Part shown: positions 18,530-27,259 of the stretch, one piece after another
How positions within the stretch are numbered: the first letter of the stretch is position 1
Layout: every line of letters begins with the position of its first letter
Assembly: GCA_964544225.1 (NCBI GenBank)
Contig: CAZIZK010000004.1
Coordinates: forward strand, 883-64,882
Direction of reading: 5' to 3'
DNA length: 64,000 nucleotides
From: an uncultured Candidatus Saccharibacteria bacterium
GTDB lineage: Bacteria; Patescibacteriota; Minisyncoccia; Phycocordibacterales; UBA9973
Program-made: the position numbers and the translations under genes
The notes under the pieces: generated by a model
Told to the model about the DNA's origin: nothing
What the model saw: only the letters and a program-made list of their open reading frames with translations
The model's database searches: none

Positions 18530-19657
18530 ATGACAACAAAAGAAGAGACAAATACAATAATCGACTCTATAGCATCTGGCGCAAAGGCCGAGCTTTCAAG
18601 CGTTGGTAAAATGTTAGAAAAGACAGACATGCCAAAGGATGTCGAGGCATTAGTAGAAGGTAAAGTTCTTGCTATCGAGAAGTCAGCAGTGTATATCGAC
18701 CTTGCTCCATTTGGAACAGGTATTATATTCGGCCGTGAATTCATCAATGCAAAAGACATTATCCGCAAAGTTGCTGTAGGCGACGTAGTAAAGGCAAAGA
18801 TCGTTAGTAAGGAGAACGAAGACGGTTATGTAGAACTTTCACTAAAGGAGGCAAAGCAAGCACTAATATGGAGTGAAGCTGAAAAGGTTATCAAGAGCAA
18901 GCAGATCCTTGAAATAATGGTAAAGGAGGCTAACAAAGGTGGTCTTATCCTAGAGTGGCAAGGTATCTCTGGTTTCCTACCAGCAAGTCAGCTTGCGAGC
19001 GAGCACTACCCACGTGTAGAAGACAGTGACAAGGACAAGATACTCAAAGAGTTGAAGAAGCTAGTTGGTCAACGTATCAATGTAGTTATGATCTCTGCAC
19101 TTCCAAAGGAAGGCAAGCTTATCTTCTCTGAAAAGGACAATAACCCAGAAGAACGCCAAGAAATAATCGGAAAGTATCATGTTGGTGATGAAGTATCTAC
19201 AACTGTTGCTGGAATTGTTGACTTCGGAGTATTCCTAAAGGTAGAAGAGGGGCTCGAAGGTCTTGTACACATATCTGAGATCGACTGGGGTCTAGTAGAG
19301 GACCCTCGCTCAATGTTCAAAGTTGGCGATGCTATAAAGGCAAAGGTTATTGAAGTAAAGGATGGCAAGATATCACTATCTATCAAAGCATTGAAGGAGA
19401 ACCCTTGGAAAGAGTTCGAAGACAAGCTAAAGAAGGGTGACATCATATCTGGTGTTGTGATCAAGTTCAACAAGCACGGCGCCTTGGTGTCTATCAAGCA
19501 GGGTGTTGCAGGTCTAGTACACAACTCAAGCTTTGGATCTGAGGAGAAGTTGAAGCAAGCATTGGAATTAGGTAAAACATATGACTTCCAAGTTACATTG
19601 TTCGAGCCAAAGGACCAGCGCATGACTCTAGTACACCTAGACAAAGAAGCAAAATAA
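18530..19657 (+). CDS. rpsA: 30S ribosomal protein S1 (short, 4 S1 domains)
   Basis: Repeated S1 OB-fold signatures (GKVLAIEKSAVYIDLAPFGTGIIF, GDVVKAKIVSKENEDGYVELSLKEA, GDEVSTTVAGIVDFGVFLKV, GDIISGVVIKFNKHGALVSI). Confidence 0.85.
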   Translation: MTTKEETNTIIDSIASGAKAELSSVGKMLEKTDMPKDVEALVEGKVLAIEKSAVYIDLAPFGTGIIFGREFINAKDIIRKVAVGDVVKAKIVSKENEDGYVELSLKEAKQALIWSEAEKVIKSKQILEIMVKEANKGGLILEWQGISGFLPASQLASEHYPRVEDSDKDKILKELKKLVGQRINVVMISALPKEGKLIFSEKDNNPEERQEIIGKYHVGDEVSTTVAGIVDFGVFLKVEEGLEGLVHISEIDWGLVEDPRSMFKVGDAIKAKVIEVKDGKISLSIKALKENPWKEFEDKLKKGDIISGVVIKFNKHGALVSIKQGVAGLVHNSSFGSEEKLKQALELGKTYDFQVTLFEPKDQRMTLVHLDKEAK

Positions 19658-19676
19658 TACAAAATTATTTTAAACT

Positions 19677-19705
19677 AAAAATCCCCCATCTCTGGGGGAT
19701 TTTTA
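19677..19705. terminator. bidirectional terminator rpsA/pth
   Basis: aaaaTCCCCCatctctGGGGGAtttttag. Confidence 0.7.
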
Positions 19706-20260
19706 GTTATACATAGTCATAGCTTTTTGGTGGCCGGATAAAGTGATGGTTTCTATTATCTTCCCTACTTTTTGTGAGACAGTATCTATCTGTGTCATTT
19801 CGTCTTGTGAGAAGTTGCCCAGCACATCTGGCTTGCGCAATACACCTTCGGTATCTAGTATCGATACTCCCACACGAATACGAACAAATTCTTTTGAATC
19901 GAGTTGGTGCATGATGCTCTTTATACCATTGTGCCCACCGTCACCCCTGTCATGCGATATTTTAATAATCCCAAGTGGCAAGTCGATATCGTCTTGCAAT
20001 ACAATCAAGTTATCGACAGTAGTTCCATATGTCTTCATCAAGTACGGCAGTACTCTACCACTTTCATTCATAAAAGTTAATGGCTTTACCATCAATATAT
20101 CTGTGTCAGCAATACGAGTTGAGGCCAAGTCGCTCTCGGCATATTTGTTCTTCTGCCATCGATCTTCTGAAATAAGAGTGTTGAAAATAATCCAAGCAAC
20201 ATTGTGCCTAGTATTTTTATATTCTTCACCTACATTACCGAGCCCTATAATAGTTATCAT
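19703..20260 (-). CDS. pth: peptidyl-tRNA hydrolase
   Basis: MITIIGLGNVGEEYKNTRHNVAW, MNESGRV, HDRGDGGHNGIKS. Confidence 0.9.
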   Translation of the reverse strand: MITIIGLGNVGEEYKNTRHNVAWIIFNTLISEDRWQKNKYAESDLASTRIADTDILMVKPLTFMNESGRVLPYLMKTYGTTVDNLIVLQDDIDLPLGIIKISHDRGDGGHNGIKSIMHQLDSKEFVRIRVGVSILDTEGVLRKPDVLGNFSQDEMTQIDTVSQKVGKIIETITLSGHQKAMTMYN

Positions 20261-20360
20261 GGAAATATTTTAACACAAAACATGACATCACCCCTAATAA
20301 TACCACAACACAACAAATCCTATTCCGTCAATGGTATTTTTATGGTAAAATAGCGCCTAT

Positions 20361-20969
20361 ATGGAACAAAATAATCAAACACCAGAAAGTGTATTGGAAT
20401 CAAAGCCTCAAAATAAGATAAAGAAATACAAGAAAGATATCATTGATATCTTGAAATTCGCTTTTATTGCCCTATTGATAGTACTACCTATACGGATGTT
20501 TATCGCTCAGCCATTTATCGTTAGTGGTTCATCTATGGTTCCCAACTTCCAAGACAAAGAATATTTGATTATCGATGAACTTTCTTACTACCTACATTCA
20601 CCACGTCGTGATGATGTTGTTGTGTTCCACTACCCTTACAATACATCAAAGAAGCCTTTGTACTTTATAAAACGTATTATCGGACTACCAGGCGAAACAG
20701 TTATTCTAAATGAAGGTAGGGTAACAATAAAAAATGCTGACAACCCAGAAGGCTTCAAAAAAGATGAGTTCTACATAAACGAACCCTTCACCACTAGTGG
20801 TACTTATACACTAGGTACCGACGAATACTTTGTTATGGGAGACAACCGCAATGCAAGCTCTGACTCACGAGTATGGGGAGTGTTGGAAAAGAAACACATA
20901 GTAGGCCGTGCTTATGTGCGACTATTTCCATTATCAAAAATGTCTTATTTACCAGGGGCTATTAAATAA
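20361..20969 (+). CDS. lepB: signal peptidase I
   Basis: VSGSSMVPNF (Ser box), KRIIGLPGETV (Lys box), YFVMGDNRNASSDSRVWG. Confidence 0.85.
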   Translation: MEQNNQTPESVLESKPQNKIKKYKKDIIDILKFAFIALLIVLPIRMFIAQPFIVSGSSMVPNFQDKEYLIIDELSYYLHSPRRDDVVVFHYPYNTSKKPLYFIKRIIGLPGETVILNEGRVTIKNADNPEGFKKDEFYINEPFTTSGTYTLGTDEYFVMGDNRNASSDSRVWGVLEKKHIVGRAYVRLFPLSKMSYLPGAIK

Positions 20970-20980
20970 ATTTTAAATAT

Positions 20981-22279
20981 ATGAATACAAAAATAAAAAA
21001 AGTAAATAAAGAACCTCTTACATCTGTAAAGGGCATGCGTGATATTATCGGCGACCGATATTACAACTTCCAAGGCTTCTTTGAAAAGGCTCAGGAGATA
21101 TCGGTATACTACGGCTTCAAGCCGATCGACACTCCAATAGTCGAGAATGAAGAAGTATTTACATCATCTATCGGTATCGGTACCGATATAGTGGACAAGG
21201 AGATGTATACACTGAAAACCAAAGGTGGCGACCACCTAGCTATGCGCCCAGAGCACACAGCCGGCACAATGCGTAGCTATATAGAGAACGGCATGCAGTC
21301 ACAGCCACAGCCAGTATTGTTCTACAATTATGGACCAATATTCCGCCACGACAAACCTCAGAAGGGTCGCTATCGTCAGTTCTGGCAGTTCGACATGGAT
21401 GCTCTAGGTAGTGAAAAGAGTATCCTCGATGCACTTGTTATAAAGACTGCTTGGACCATACTCGAGGAAGCAGGTGCTACGAACTTGTCTGTAGATATCA
21501 ACTCTATTGGTGACAAAGATTGTCGCAATGGGTACCTAAAAGAACTTGTAAATTATTACAAGAAGCATATCAATGTACTACCAGCAGTAGATCGCGAGAG
21601 GCTAAAGGTCAATCCCCTACGCATACTCGACTCAAAAGAGGAAAAGACTATCGAGCTGAACCAAGGTGCCCCAGACACACTGTCACACCTATGCCCGGCT
21701 TGTAAGAAGCACTTCAAAGAAGTTCTAGAATACCTAGAACAGATGGAGATACCATACACACTGAACAAATGTCTAGTACGCGGTTTGTCATACTACACAC
21801 GCACTGTGTTTGAGATAATGATCCCAAATGAAGAGGATGGCAAGATGATCACTATCGCCTCAGGTGGACGATACGACTACCTAGGCCGACAGCTTGGTAG
21901 CAAGAAGGATATCCCAGCAGTAGGTTCCAGTATCGGAGTTGACCGTGTAGTTGAAGCCCCATGGTTTGCTAACTTGGCACCTCGCATATCAAAGAAGCCA
22001 AAGATGTATTTCATCCAGCTAGGCTTCGATGCAAAGTTAAAGTCACTCAATGTTATTGAGATCCTTCGCAAAGCAAAAGTTCCAATAGCACAATCAATAT
22101 CCAAAGATAGTCTTGGTGCACAGCTAGCAATAGCTGAGAAAATGGGTGTAAAATATACAATCATATTCGGCCAGAAGGAAGCTCTGGAGAACTCGGTAAT
22201 AGTCCGCGACATGAGCACCCGATCCCAAGAAACAGTTCAGATAAAGAAATTGTTAGATTATATAAAAGAATTGAAATAA
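20981..22279 (+). CDS. hisS: histidine--tRNA ligase
   Basis: MRDIIGDRYY, LAMRPEHTAGTMRSY, FYNYGPIFRHDKPQKGRYRQFWQFDMDALG class II motifs. Confidence 0.9.
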   Translation: MNTKIKKVNKEPLTSVKGMRDIIGDRYYNFQGFFEKAQEISVYYGFKPIDTPIVENEEVFTSSIGIGTDIVDKEMYTLKTKGGDHLAMRPEHTAGTMRSYIENGMQSQPQPVLFYNYGPIFRHDKPQKGRYRQFWQFDMDALGSEKSILDALVIKTAWTILEEAGATNLSVDINSIGDKDCRNGYLKELVNYYKKHINVLPAVDRERLKVNPLRILDSKEEKTIELNQGAPDTLSHLCPACKKHFKEVLEYLEQMEIPYTLNKCLVRGLSYYTRTVFEIMIPNEEDGKMITIASGGRYDYLGRQLGSKKDIPAVGSSIGVDRVVEAPWFANLAPRISKKPKMYFIQLGFDAKLKSLNVIEILRKAKVPIAQSISKDSLGAQLAIAEKMGVKYTIIFGQKEALENSVIVRDMSTRSQETVQIKKLLDYIKELK

Positions 22280-22281
22280 AA

Positions 22282-22821
22282 ATGGTAAAGATAGTACAAG
22301 ATGGCCACAAAGTACTAAGGCAGATAGCCATGGAGGTCCCAATAGCTGATATAAAAACTCCAAAGATTCAAAAAGTACTAAAGGATATGTCCAAAGCTCT
22401 GTCATCGCAAGACGATGGTGTAGCTATCGCTGCGCCTCAGATAGCCGTACCTTTGCGTATATTCGTGATTGCCGGCAAAGTATTCGACGACGACTTTATA
22501 CGTGGTGCACAAATAGATAAAGACAAGCCAACTTCACACAAGGATATGGTGTGTATCAACCCAACATTCAAGAAGGTGTCTAGCGATAAGAAATTAATGC
22601 AAGAAGGTTGCCTATCAGTGCGCCCACTGTATGGAAAGGTCCGCCGTGCTACACGCGCAACTATCGAGGCCTACAATGAAGAAGGGGTACAGTTTACTCT
22701 ATCTGGTAGTGGACTACTTGCCCACATATTCCAACACGAGATAGACCACCTCGAAGGTATCTTATTCATAGATAAAGCCCAAAACATACATGAATCAACA
22801 AGTGAAGAAGAATATAAATAA
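22282..22821 (+). CDS. def: peptide deformylase
   Basis: GVAIAAPQI, EGCLSV, HEIDHLEG metal-binding motifs. Confidence 0.9.
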   Translation: MVKIVQDGHKVLRQIAMEVPIADIKTPKIQKVLKDMSKALSSQDDGVAIAAPQIAVPLRIFVIAGKVFDDDFIRGAQIDKDKPTSHKDMVCINPTFKKVSSDKKLMQEGCLSVRPLYGKVRRATRATIEAYNEEGVQFTLSGSGLLAHIFQHEIDHLEGILFIDKAQNIHESTSEEEYK

Positions 22822-23638
22822 TATAAATTTTGCATTCTGGGGTACACCCGAAGTAGCAAGCACCACCCTGCAATTGTTAATCGATGCGGGTTATATGCCA
22901 TGCGTAGTTATAACGAACCCAGACAGGCCTGCAGGCCGTGGCCTTGCCCTGACCCCAAGTCATGTAAAAATACTCGCTGAAAAATACAATATAAAAGTAC
23001 TCCAACCAGAAAAGATTACAGAGGAATTCGTAAATGAATTTTCAAACTATTCTATAGATCTAAATATTGTTGTGGCTTATGGCAACATATTACCAAAAAG
23101 TATTATCGATATGCCTGTATATAGCACGCTCAATATCCACTATTCCCTACTTCCTAAATACCGCGGTGCAGCACCCCTGGAAGGCGCATTACTCTCTGGT
23201 GACAAAGTCACAGGCGTAACTATTCAAAAGATGGTCTACAAGCTCGACGCGGGTGACATAGTAGCCAGTAAAGAAGTAGCTATCGATGACAGTATCGACA
23301 AAGAATCCTTACGTACAATATTGATCGACACAGGGGCACAACTCCTCATAGATACATTACCAGACTATACAATAGGCAATATAACACCAACCCCCCAGGA
23401 CGAAAGTATGGCTTCGCATATCGGCAAGATAAAAAAGGAAGACGGCAAGATAGATATCGGTGATGATGCAATTGTAAATTACAATAAATATCGTGCATAT
23501 AGTGGCTGGCCTGGAATATACTATTTCGATGAAAGTGGCAAAAGGGTCAAGATAACAAAAGCCCGCCTTGAAGGTGGCAGGTTTGTTATCGAACGTATCA
23601 TACCCGAAGGTAAAAGTGAGAGGGATTATCTATTGTAA
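22790..23638 (+). CDS. fmt: methionyl-tRNA formyltransferase
   Basis: NIHYSLLPKYRGAAPLEGALL, VTGVTIQKM; overlaps def end, the conserved def-fmt pair. Confidence 0.9.
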   Translation: MNQQVKKNINNINFAFWGTPEVASTTLQLLIDAGYMPCVVITNPDRPAGRGLALTPSHVKILAEKYNIKVLQPEKITEEFVNEFSNYSIDLNIVVAYGNILPKSIIDMPVYSTLNIHYSLLPKYRGAAPLEGALLSGDKVTGVTIQKMVYKLDAGDIVASKEVAIDDSIDKESLRTILIDTGAQLLIDTLPDYTIGNITPTPQDESMASHIGKIKKEDGKIDIGDDAIVNYNKYRAYSGWPGIYYFDESGKRVKITKARLEGGRFVIERIIPEGKSERDYLL

Positions 23639-23994
23639 CTCTTTATACCTTTTAGCAATTTCTTTACGCTAGAGGCTCCGCGCTTGAACAGTGTCTGCCC
23701 GCGGTCTTTTGAGTGTGTAAGCTTGCGGACCACTTCATCACGAACTTCATCGATAGTTGCATACAGATCCTCGCCTGTTGCGTCGGCGAAGAACTTCTTG
23801 CCAGCTGATAATACATTAAACTCGGCTTTGTATACATCACCATTCTTGTGGTGATTAGTTGTCTTGCCGACTTCTACGTGGATAGTATAGTCGCCTTCCT
23901 TTAGGAATTTAGTAACATTGTCCATCCTTTTGTTTACATAATCCTCTATTGCACTTGTAAGTTCTATGTTTGTTGCTTTTATATTTATACTCAT
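23626..23994 (-). CDS. hpf: ribosome hibernation promoting factor / RaiA family
   Basis: MSINIKATNIELTSAIEDYVNKRM...VEVGKTTNHHKNGDVYKAEFNVLSAGKKFFADA. Confidence 0.8.
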   Translation of the reverse strand: MSINIKATNIELTSAIEDYVNKRMDNVTKFLKEGDYTIHVEVGKTTNHHKNGDVYKAEFNVLSAGKKFFADATGEDLYATIDEVRDEVVRKLTHSKDRGQTLFKRGASSVKKLLKGIKSYNR

Positions 23995-24015
23995 AAATAT
24001 ATTATAACAAAATTA

Positions 24016-24918
24016 TTGGAGATAAGAAAAGGAATACGGTATAATGAATGTATGAATAAAATGTGGCACATAATGAAAGGTATGTTAGTGATGCTGTACT
24101 TGGCATTACTTTTAAATATAATGCTCAATAATACAAGCATAGCTATGCTATACGACTTCCCTATATGGTTCCTACCCGTTATTGCCTTTGCTAGTGTATT
24201 TATTATCAGTATTCGGTACATCCAAGCTAGTCTCGCAAGTGACGAGATCGAGCATGAGTTCGTATCGATAGTAAATCATACATTCCGTACCCCACTGACC
24301 AGCATGTCATGGTTCGCCAAGGAGCTGGAAAAGGAACTGCCTCGCGAAGAACGTATCAACTACCTTCAAGGCATGATCAACTCTACCGATAGGATACTGG
24401 GTATTGTCGACTTACTAGCAGGTATAAAGAATGTAAACGATATTTCCAGTTATGCATTCGAAGCCGTGTCACTTCGTGAAATGGTGGAAAAGTCGCTAAT
24501 GAAGCATCGCGACCAGATTAGTAAAAAAGGTATCAATCTGCAAGTCGCCGTATTCAATGATATACCATTCCTTACTGCTGACCTGAAGAAGATATCACTC
24601 GTTATTGATGTCTTGGTAGAGAATGCCATATTCTATACACCAGAAAAAGGCAATATCACAATAGGCTGTGAAAAGAAGAGGCGCAAGATAGTATTCTTTG
24701 TAAAAGACACTGGCCTAGGGCTCACTTGGACTGACAAGTTTAAACTATTCTCCAAGTTCTATCGCTCAAGTTCCGCAAAGAAGATGAATACCGACGGTAT
24801 GGGCCTGGGCCTCTACCTTGCTCGGATTATCGTTGAACGTCACCATGGGCGTATATATGCACGCTCCAGTGGCCGCAACACTGGGTCAACATTCTACGTA
24901 GAATTACCATTACACTAA
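24016..24918 (+). CDS. sensor histidine kinase (membrane, orphan; no response regulator adjacent)
   Basis: H-box HEFVSIVNHTFRTPLTSMSW, N/G boxes VLVENAIFYTPEKG...KDTGLGL...GMGLGLYLARIIVERHHGRIY. A likely alternative start is 24052. Confidence 0.8.
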   Translation: MEIRKGIRYNECMNKMWHIMKGMLVMLYLALLLNIMLNNTSIAMLYDFPIWFLPVIAFASVFIISIRYIQASLASDEIEHEFVSIVNHTFRTPLTSMSWFAKELEKELPREERINYLQGMINSTDRILGIVDLLAGIKNVNDISSYAFEAVSLREMVEKSLMKHRDQISKKGINLQVAVFNDIPFLTADLKKISLVIDVLVENAIFYTPEKGNITIGCEKKRRKIVFFVKDTGLGLTWTDKFKLFSKFYRSSSAKKMNTDGMGLGLYLARIIVERHHGRIYARSSGRNTGSTFYVELPLH

Positions 24919-24926
24919 TACAAAAT

Positions 24927-24950
24927 TAAAACACCCCATTGGGGTGTTTT
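24927..24950. terminator. bidirectional terminator
   Basis: aaaACACCCCattgGGGGTGTttt. Confidence 0.7.
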
Positions 24951-24970
24951 AATTTTGTTAATCTTTCAGA

Positions 24971-25516
24971 TTATATACTTACCTTGTCAGATTCTGCTTT
25001 TGGTTCTGAATCTGTAGATGTTGTACCACAAGCTTTTGCATCTGTCTTAAATGTAGCATATGCAGCTTTGCGAGCAGTCTTCATTGTACTGTGTGCAGAC
25101 TTTGAAGCAGTGTTAAAAGCTTTCCATGCATCGTTGCGAGCTTTTACGCGAGTTGATTTGTCTGTCTGGTCATATGCAGCCTCAAGAGCAGCCTTGCGAG
25201 TTGTAAGTGCTTGCTTCATTGAAGCTGTAAGTGTATCAAATGCAGTTCCAAGAGCTTCTTCGCGCTTTGATACAGCAGTCTTTGTACAAGCGATATCTTC
25301 AGTTTTTGATACCTTTACCTTGTTCTGACGTTCCTTCATATCCTTTAACTTGTCCTCCATGTACTTTACGCGATCCTCAACTTTTTTACCATTATTTGCT
25401 GTATTAGCACTTGTTGTTGTAGGTGTTGCTGTTGTAGTTGTTGTAGAAGTCTCTGCCATTGCAAGAGGTGCTACGATAAACATAAATGCTGCTAAGATAA
25501 ATGCGAATTTTTTCAT
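24971..25516 (-). CDS. secreted Thr-rich / Ala-Lys-rich helical protein (hypothetical)
   Basis: Signal peptide MKKFAFILAAFMFIVAPLAMA, TTTTTATPTTTS stretch, AKxA helical repeats. Confidence 0.45.
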   Translation of the reverse strand: MKKFAFILAAFMFIVAPLAMAETSTTTTTATPTTTSANTANNGKKVEDRVKYMEDKLKDMKERQNKVKVSKTEDIACTKTAVSKREEALGTAFDTLTASMKQALTTRKAALEAAYDQTDKSTRVKARNDAWKAFNTASKSAHSTMKTARKAAYATFKTDAKACGTTSTDSEPKAESDKVSI

Positions 25517-25631
25517 ATTTTTTAAATAATTAAACTTTTAATAGACCTAATTATAGCACATTTCAATAAACCTCTATGCTATACATATTATGACGTACAG
25601 ATACCTCACTTGTTACAAAGAAATGTATTGA

Positions 25632-26198
25632 CTACTTTGTCTTTCGTGGTCTCAATATTAGCCCTGTCATTATAGAGTTCATGATTATCATAACTATCGA
25701 GTGCAACATCGTGGCTATATTATAAGCTTGGATCGAGAACAGTATCATAATATGTCGAACCACGTTCATACTATAAAGTATGGGTGTTTCTGTCTCTGGA
25801 TGATAGGCTGTTTTGCGAAGTGTAGGGATAAATGCAACCAGATCAATACACACAACAATTATCACTGATATTGTTGGGTCTTTTGTCAGGGCCCAAGGTA
25901 TCAGGCCAAGTAATGCTATCACCAGGAAGTATGTATCCTTGCGGACTATATCCTTGAAGCCGTATTGGAGCGAGAAGAAGAATATAACAATAGTAAATAT
26001 CTCAGACATAGCGATAGGCAGTGCCCCGATCCCTGCACCTTTTGCTAAAGCTCCAAAGAATGTTACCGCCGACACGATACTCCACACGAGCCATGTATAT
26101 GGGTGTGGTTGTATACGCCTTTTTATTACGTCACGCAAGTATGGTACATTACCGATGATAGCTATGACTCCGGCTATGATTGCAATAGTTTCTTTCAT
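25632..26198 (-). CDS. integral membrane protein (5-6 TM), hypothetical
   Basis: 188 aa, hydrophobic throughout. No recognised motif. Confidence 0.4.
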   Translation of the reverse strand: MKETIAIIAGVIAIIGNVPYLRDVIKRRIQPHPYTWLVWSIVSAVTFFGALAKGAGIGALPIAMSEIFTIVIFFFSLQYGFKDIVRKDTYFLVIALLGLIPWALTKDPTISVIIVVCIDLVAFIPTLRKTAYHPETETPILYSMNVVRHIMILFSIQAYNIATMLHSIVMIIMNSIMTGLILRPRKTK

Positions 26199-26220
26199 TA
26201 TTATTTAATTATAACATATA

Positions 26221-26249
26221 AAAATACCCCGCCGTAGGCGGGGTATTTT
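26221..26249. terminator. terminator after csp
   Basis: aaaaTACCCCGCCgtagGCGGGGTAtttt. Confidence 0.7.
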
Positions 26250-26267
26250 TATTAATCTTTTTATAGA

Positions 26268-26465
26268 TTATGCACGTTCAACGTTTACAGCACTTGGACC
26301 CTTTGGAGACTCTTCAGTCTGAAAAGATACAGTGTCGCCTTCGCGAAGTTCATCGAATGCTACTCCAACTAGAGAGTTGCTATGGAAGAAAAGATCCTTT
26401 GCCATACCATCAGCAGTGATGAAACCGAAACCTTTGTCAGTAAGCTTTTTTATAGTACCTGTCAT
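26268..26465 (-). CDS. cold-shock protein (CspA family)
   Basis: GTIKKLTDKGFGFITADGMAKDLFFHSNSL RNP1/RNP2 motifs; 65 aa. Confidence 0.9.
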   Translation of the reverse strand: MTGTIKKLTDKGFGFITADGMAKDLFFHSNSLVGVAFDELREGDTVSFQTEESPKGPSAVNVERA

Positions 26466-26583
26466 AAAGTTTTTTTTACTTATTTAATAATACAAAATAA
26501 AGATATAAAAAACCGACTCGTTCTATAATAGCTCTTTTGTCTATGTACTATAATAGTACATTTGAGATATTAAGTCAATAACC

Positions 26584-26730
26584 CTATTTTACAAGGCGTG
26601 ATATGCCCTTTCTCTTCTTGCCTTTTGACTTACTTGCCAACATTACCTTCTTAGCTGCTAGGCGCTTCTTTGTCTTTGGAGAACGCTTTGATTTTGGGTT
26701 TGGGCCCAATGTGTTACCTCTTTTTGCCAT
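26584..26730 (-). CDS. small highly basic protein (48 aa), absent from the ORF track; possible ribosomal-protein-like or nucleic-acid-binding
   Basis: Minus-strand ATG at 26730 gives MAKRGNTLGPNPKSKRSPKTKKRLAAKKVMLASKSKGKKRKGISRLVK, stop TAG at 26584. Confidence 0.35.
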   Translation of the reverse strand: MAKRGNTLGPNPKSKRSPKTKKRLAAKKVMLASKSKGKKRKGISRLVK

Positions 26731-26797
26731 ATAATTTAAAAAATTTATTAATTAATACTTGTATTTTACCCTAAAAGTGTCAAAAGTCCTAAGATAT

Positions 26798-27202
26798 TTA
26801 CTTGAACCAAGCCTTTTGCCAGCCTTTCATCATGTCTATCTCTTTTGTTTGAGCTGTGATTATTTCATTGGCCAATTTAATCAATTCTGGCTTTTTGGAA
26901 GTTTTTAATACAGCTTGTGCCATAACTACGGCACCTTCATGGTGCATAATCATTTCAGAAAGGAAAGCTTTGTCGAATTCATCGCCAACTTTTCCATCTA
27001 GACTTGCCATCATGCCCTTCATCATGTCGTCCATATTCATACCCACATTATGCATCATTTCACCATTTGGCATTTGGTGCATGCTACCCTCGGATGAATA
27101 CTTTCCATAACCTTTCATACCGCAATTACCCCAGATTAAAAATCCAACAACCAATCCAATAATAACCAACCCAAGAGAGTAAAAAACTTTTTTATTTTCC
27201 AT
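26798..27202 (-). CDS. DUF305 family protein (membrane-anchored)
   Basis: FDKAFLSEMIMHHEGAVVMAQAVL DUF305 signature with N-terminal TM. Confidence 0.65.
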   Translation of the reverse strand: MENKKVFYSLGLVIIGLVVGFLIWGNCGMKGYGKYSSEGSMHQMPNGEMMHNVGMNMDDMMKGMMASLDGKVGDEFDKAFLSEMIMHHEGAVVMAQAVLKTSKKPELIKLANEIITAQTKEIDMMKGWQKAWFK

Positions 27203-27259
27203 AAATTTTATAAATTAAATTAATAATTGTATATTTATACTATCATAAACCCTATCCTA

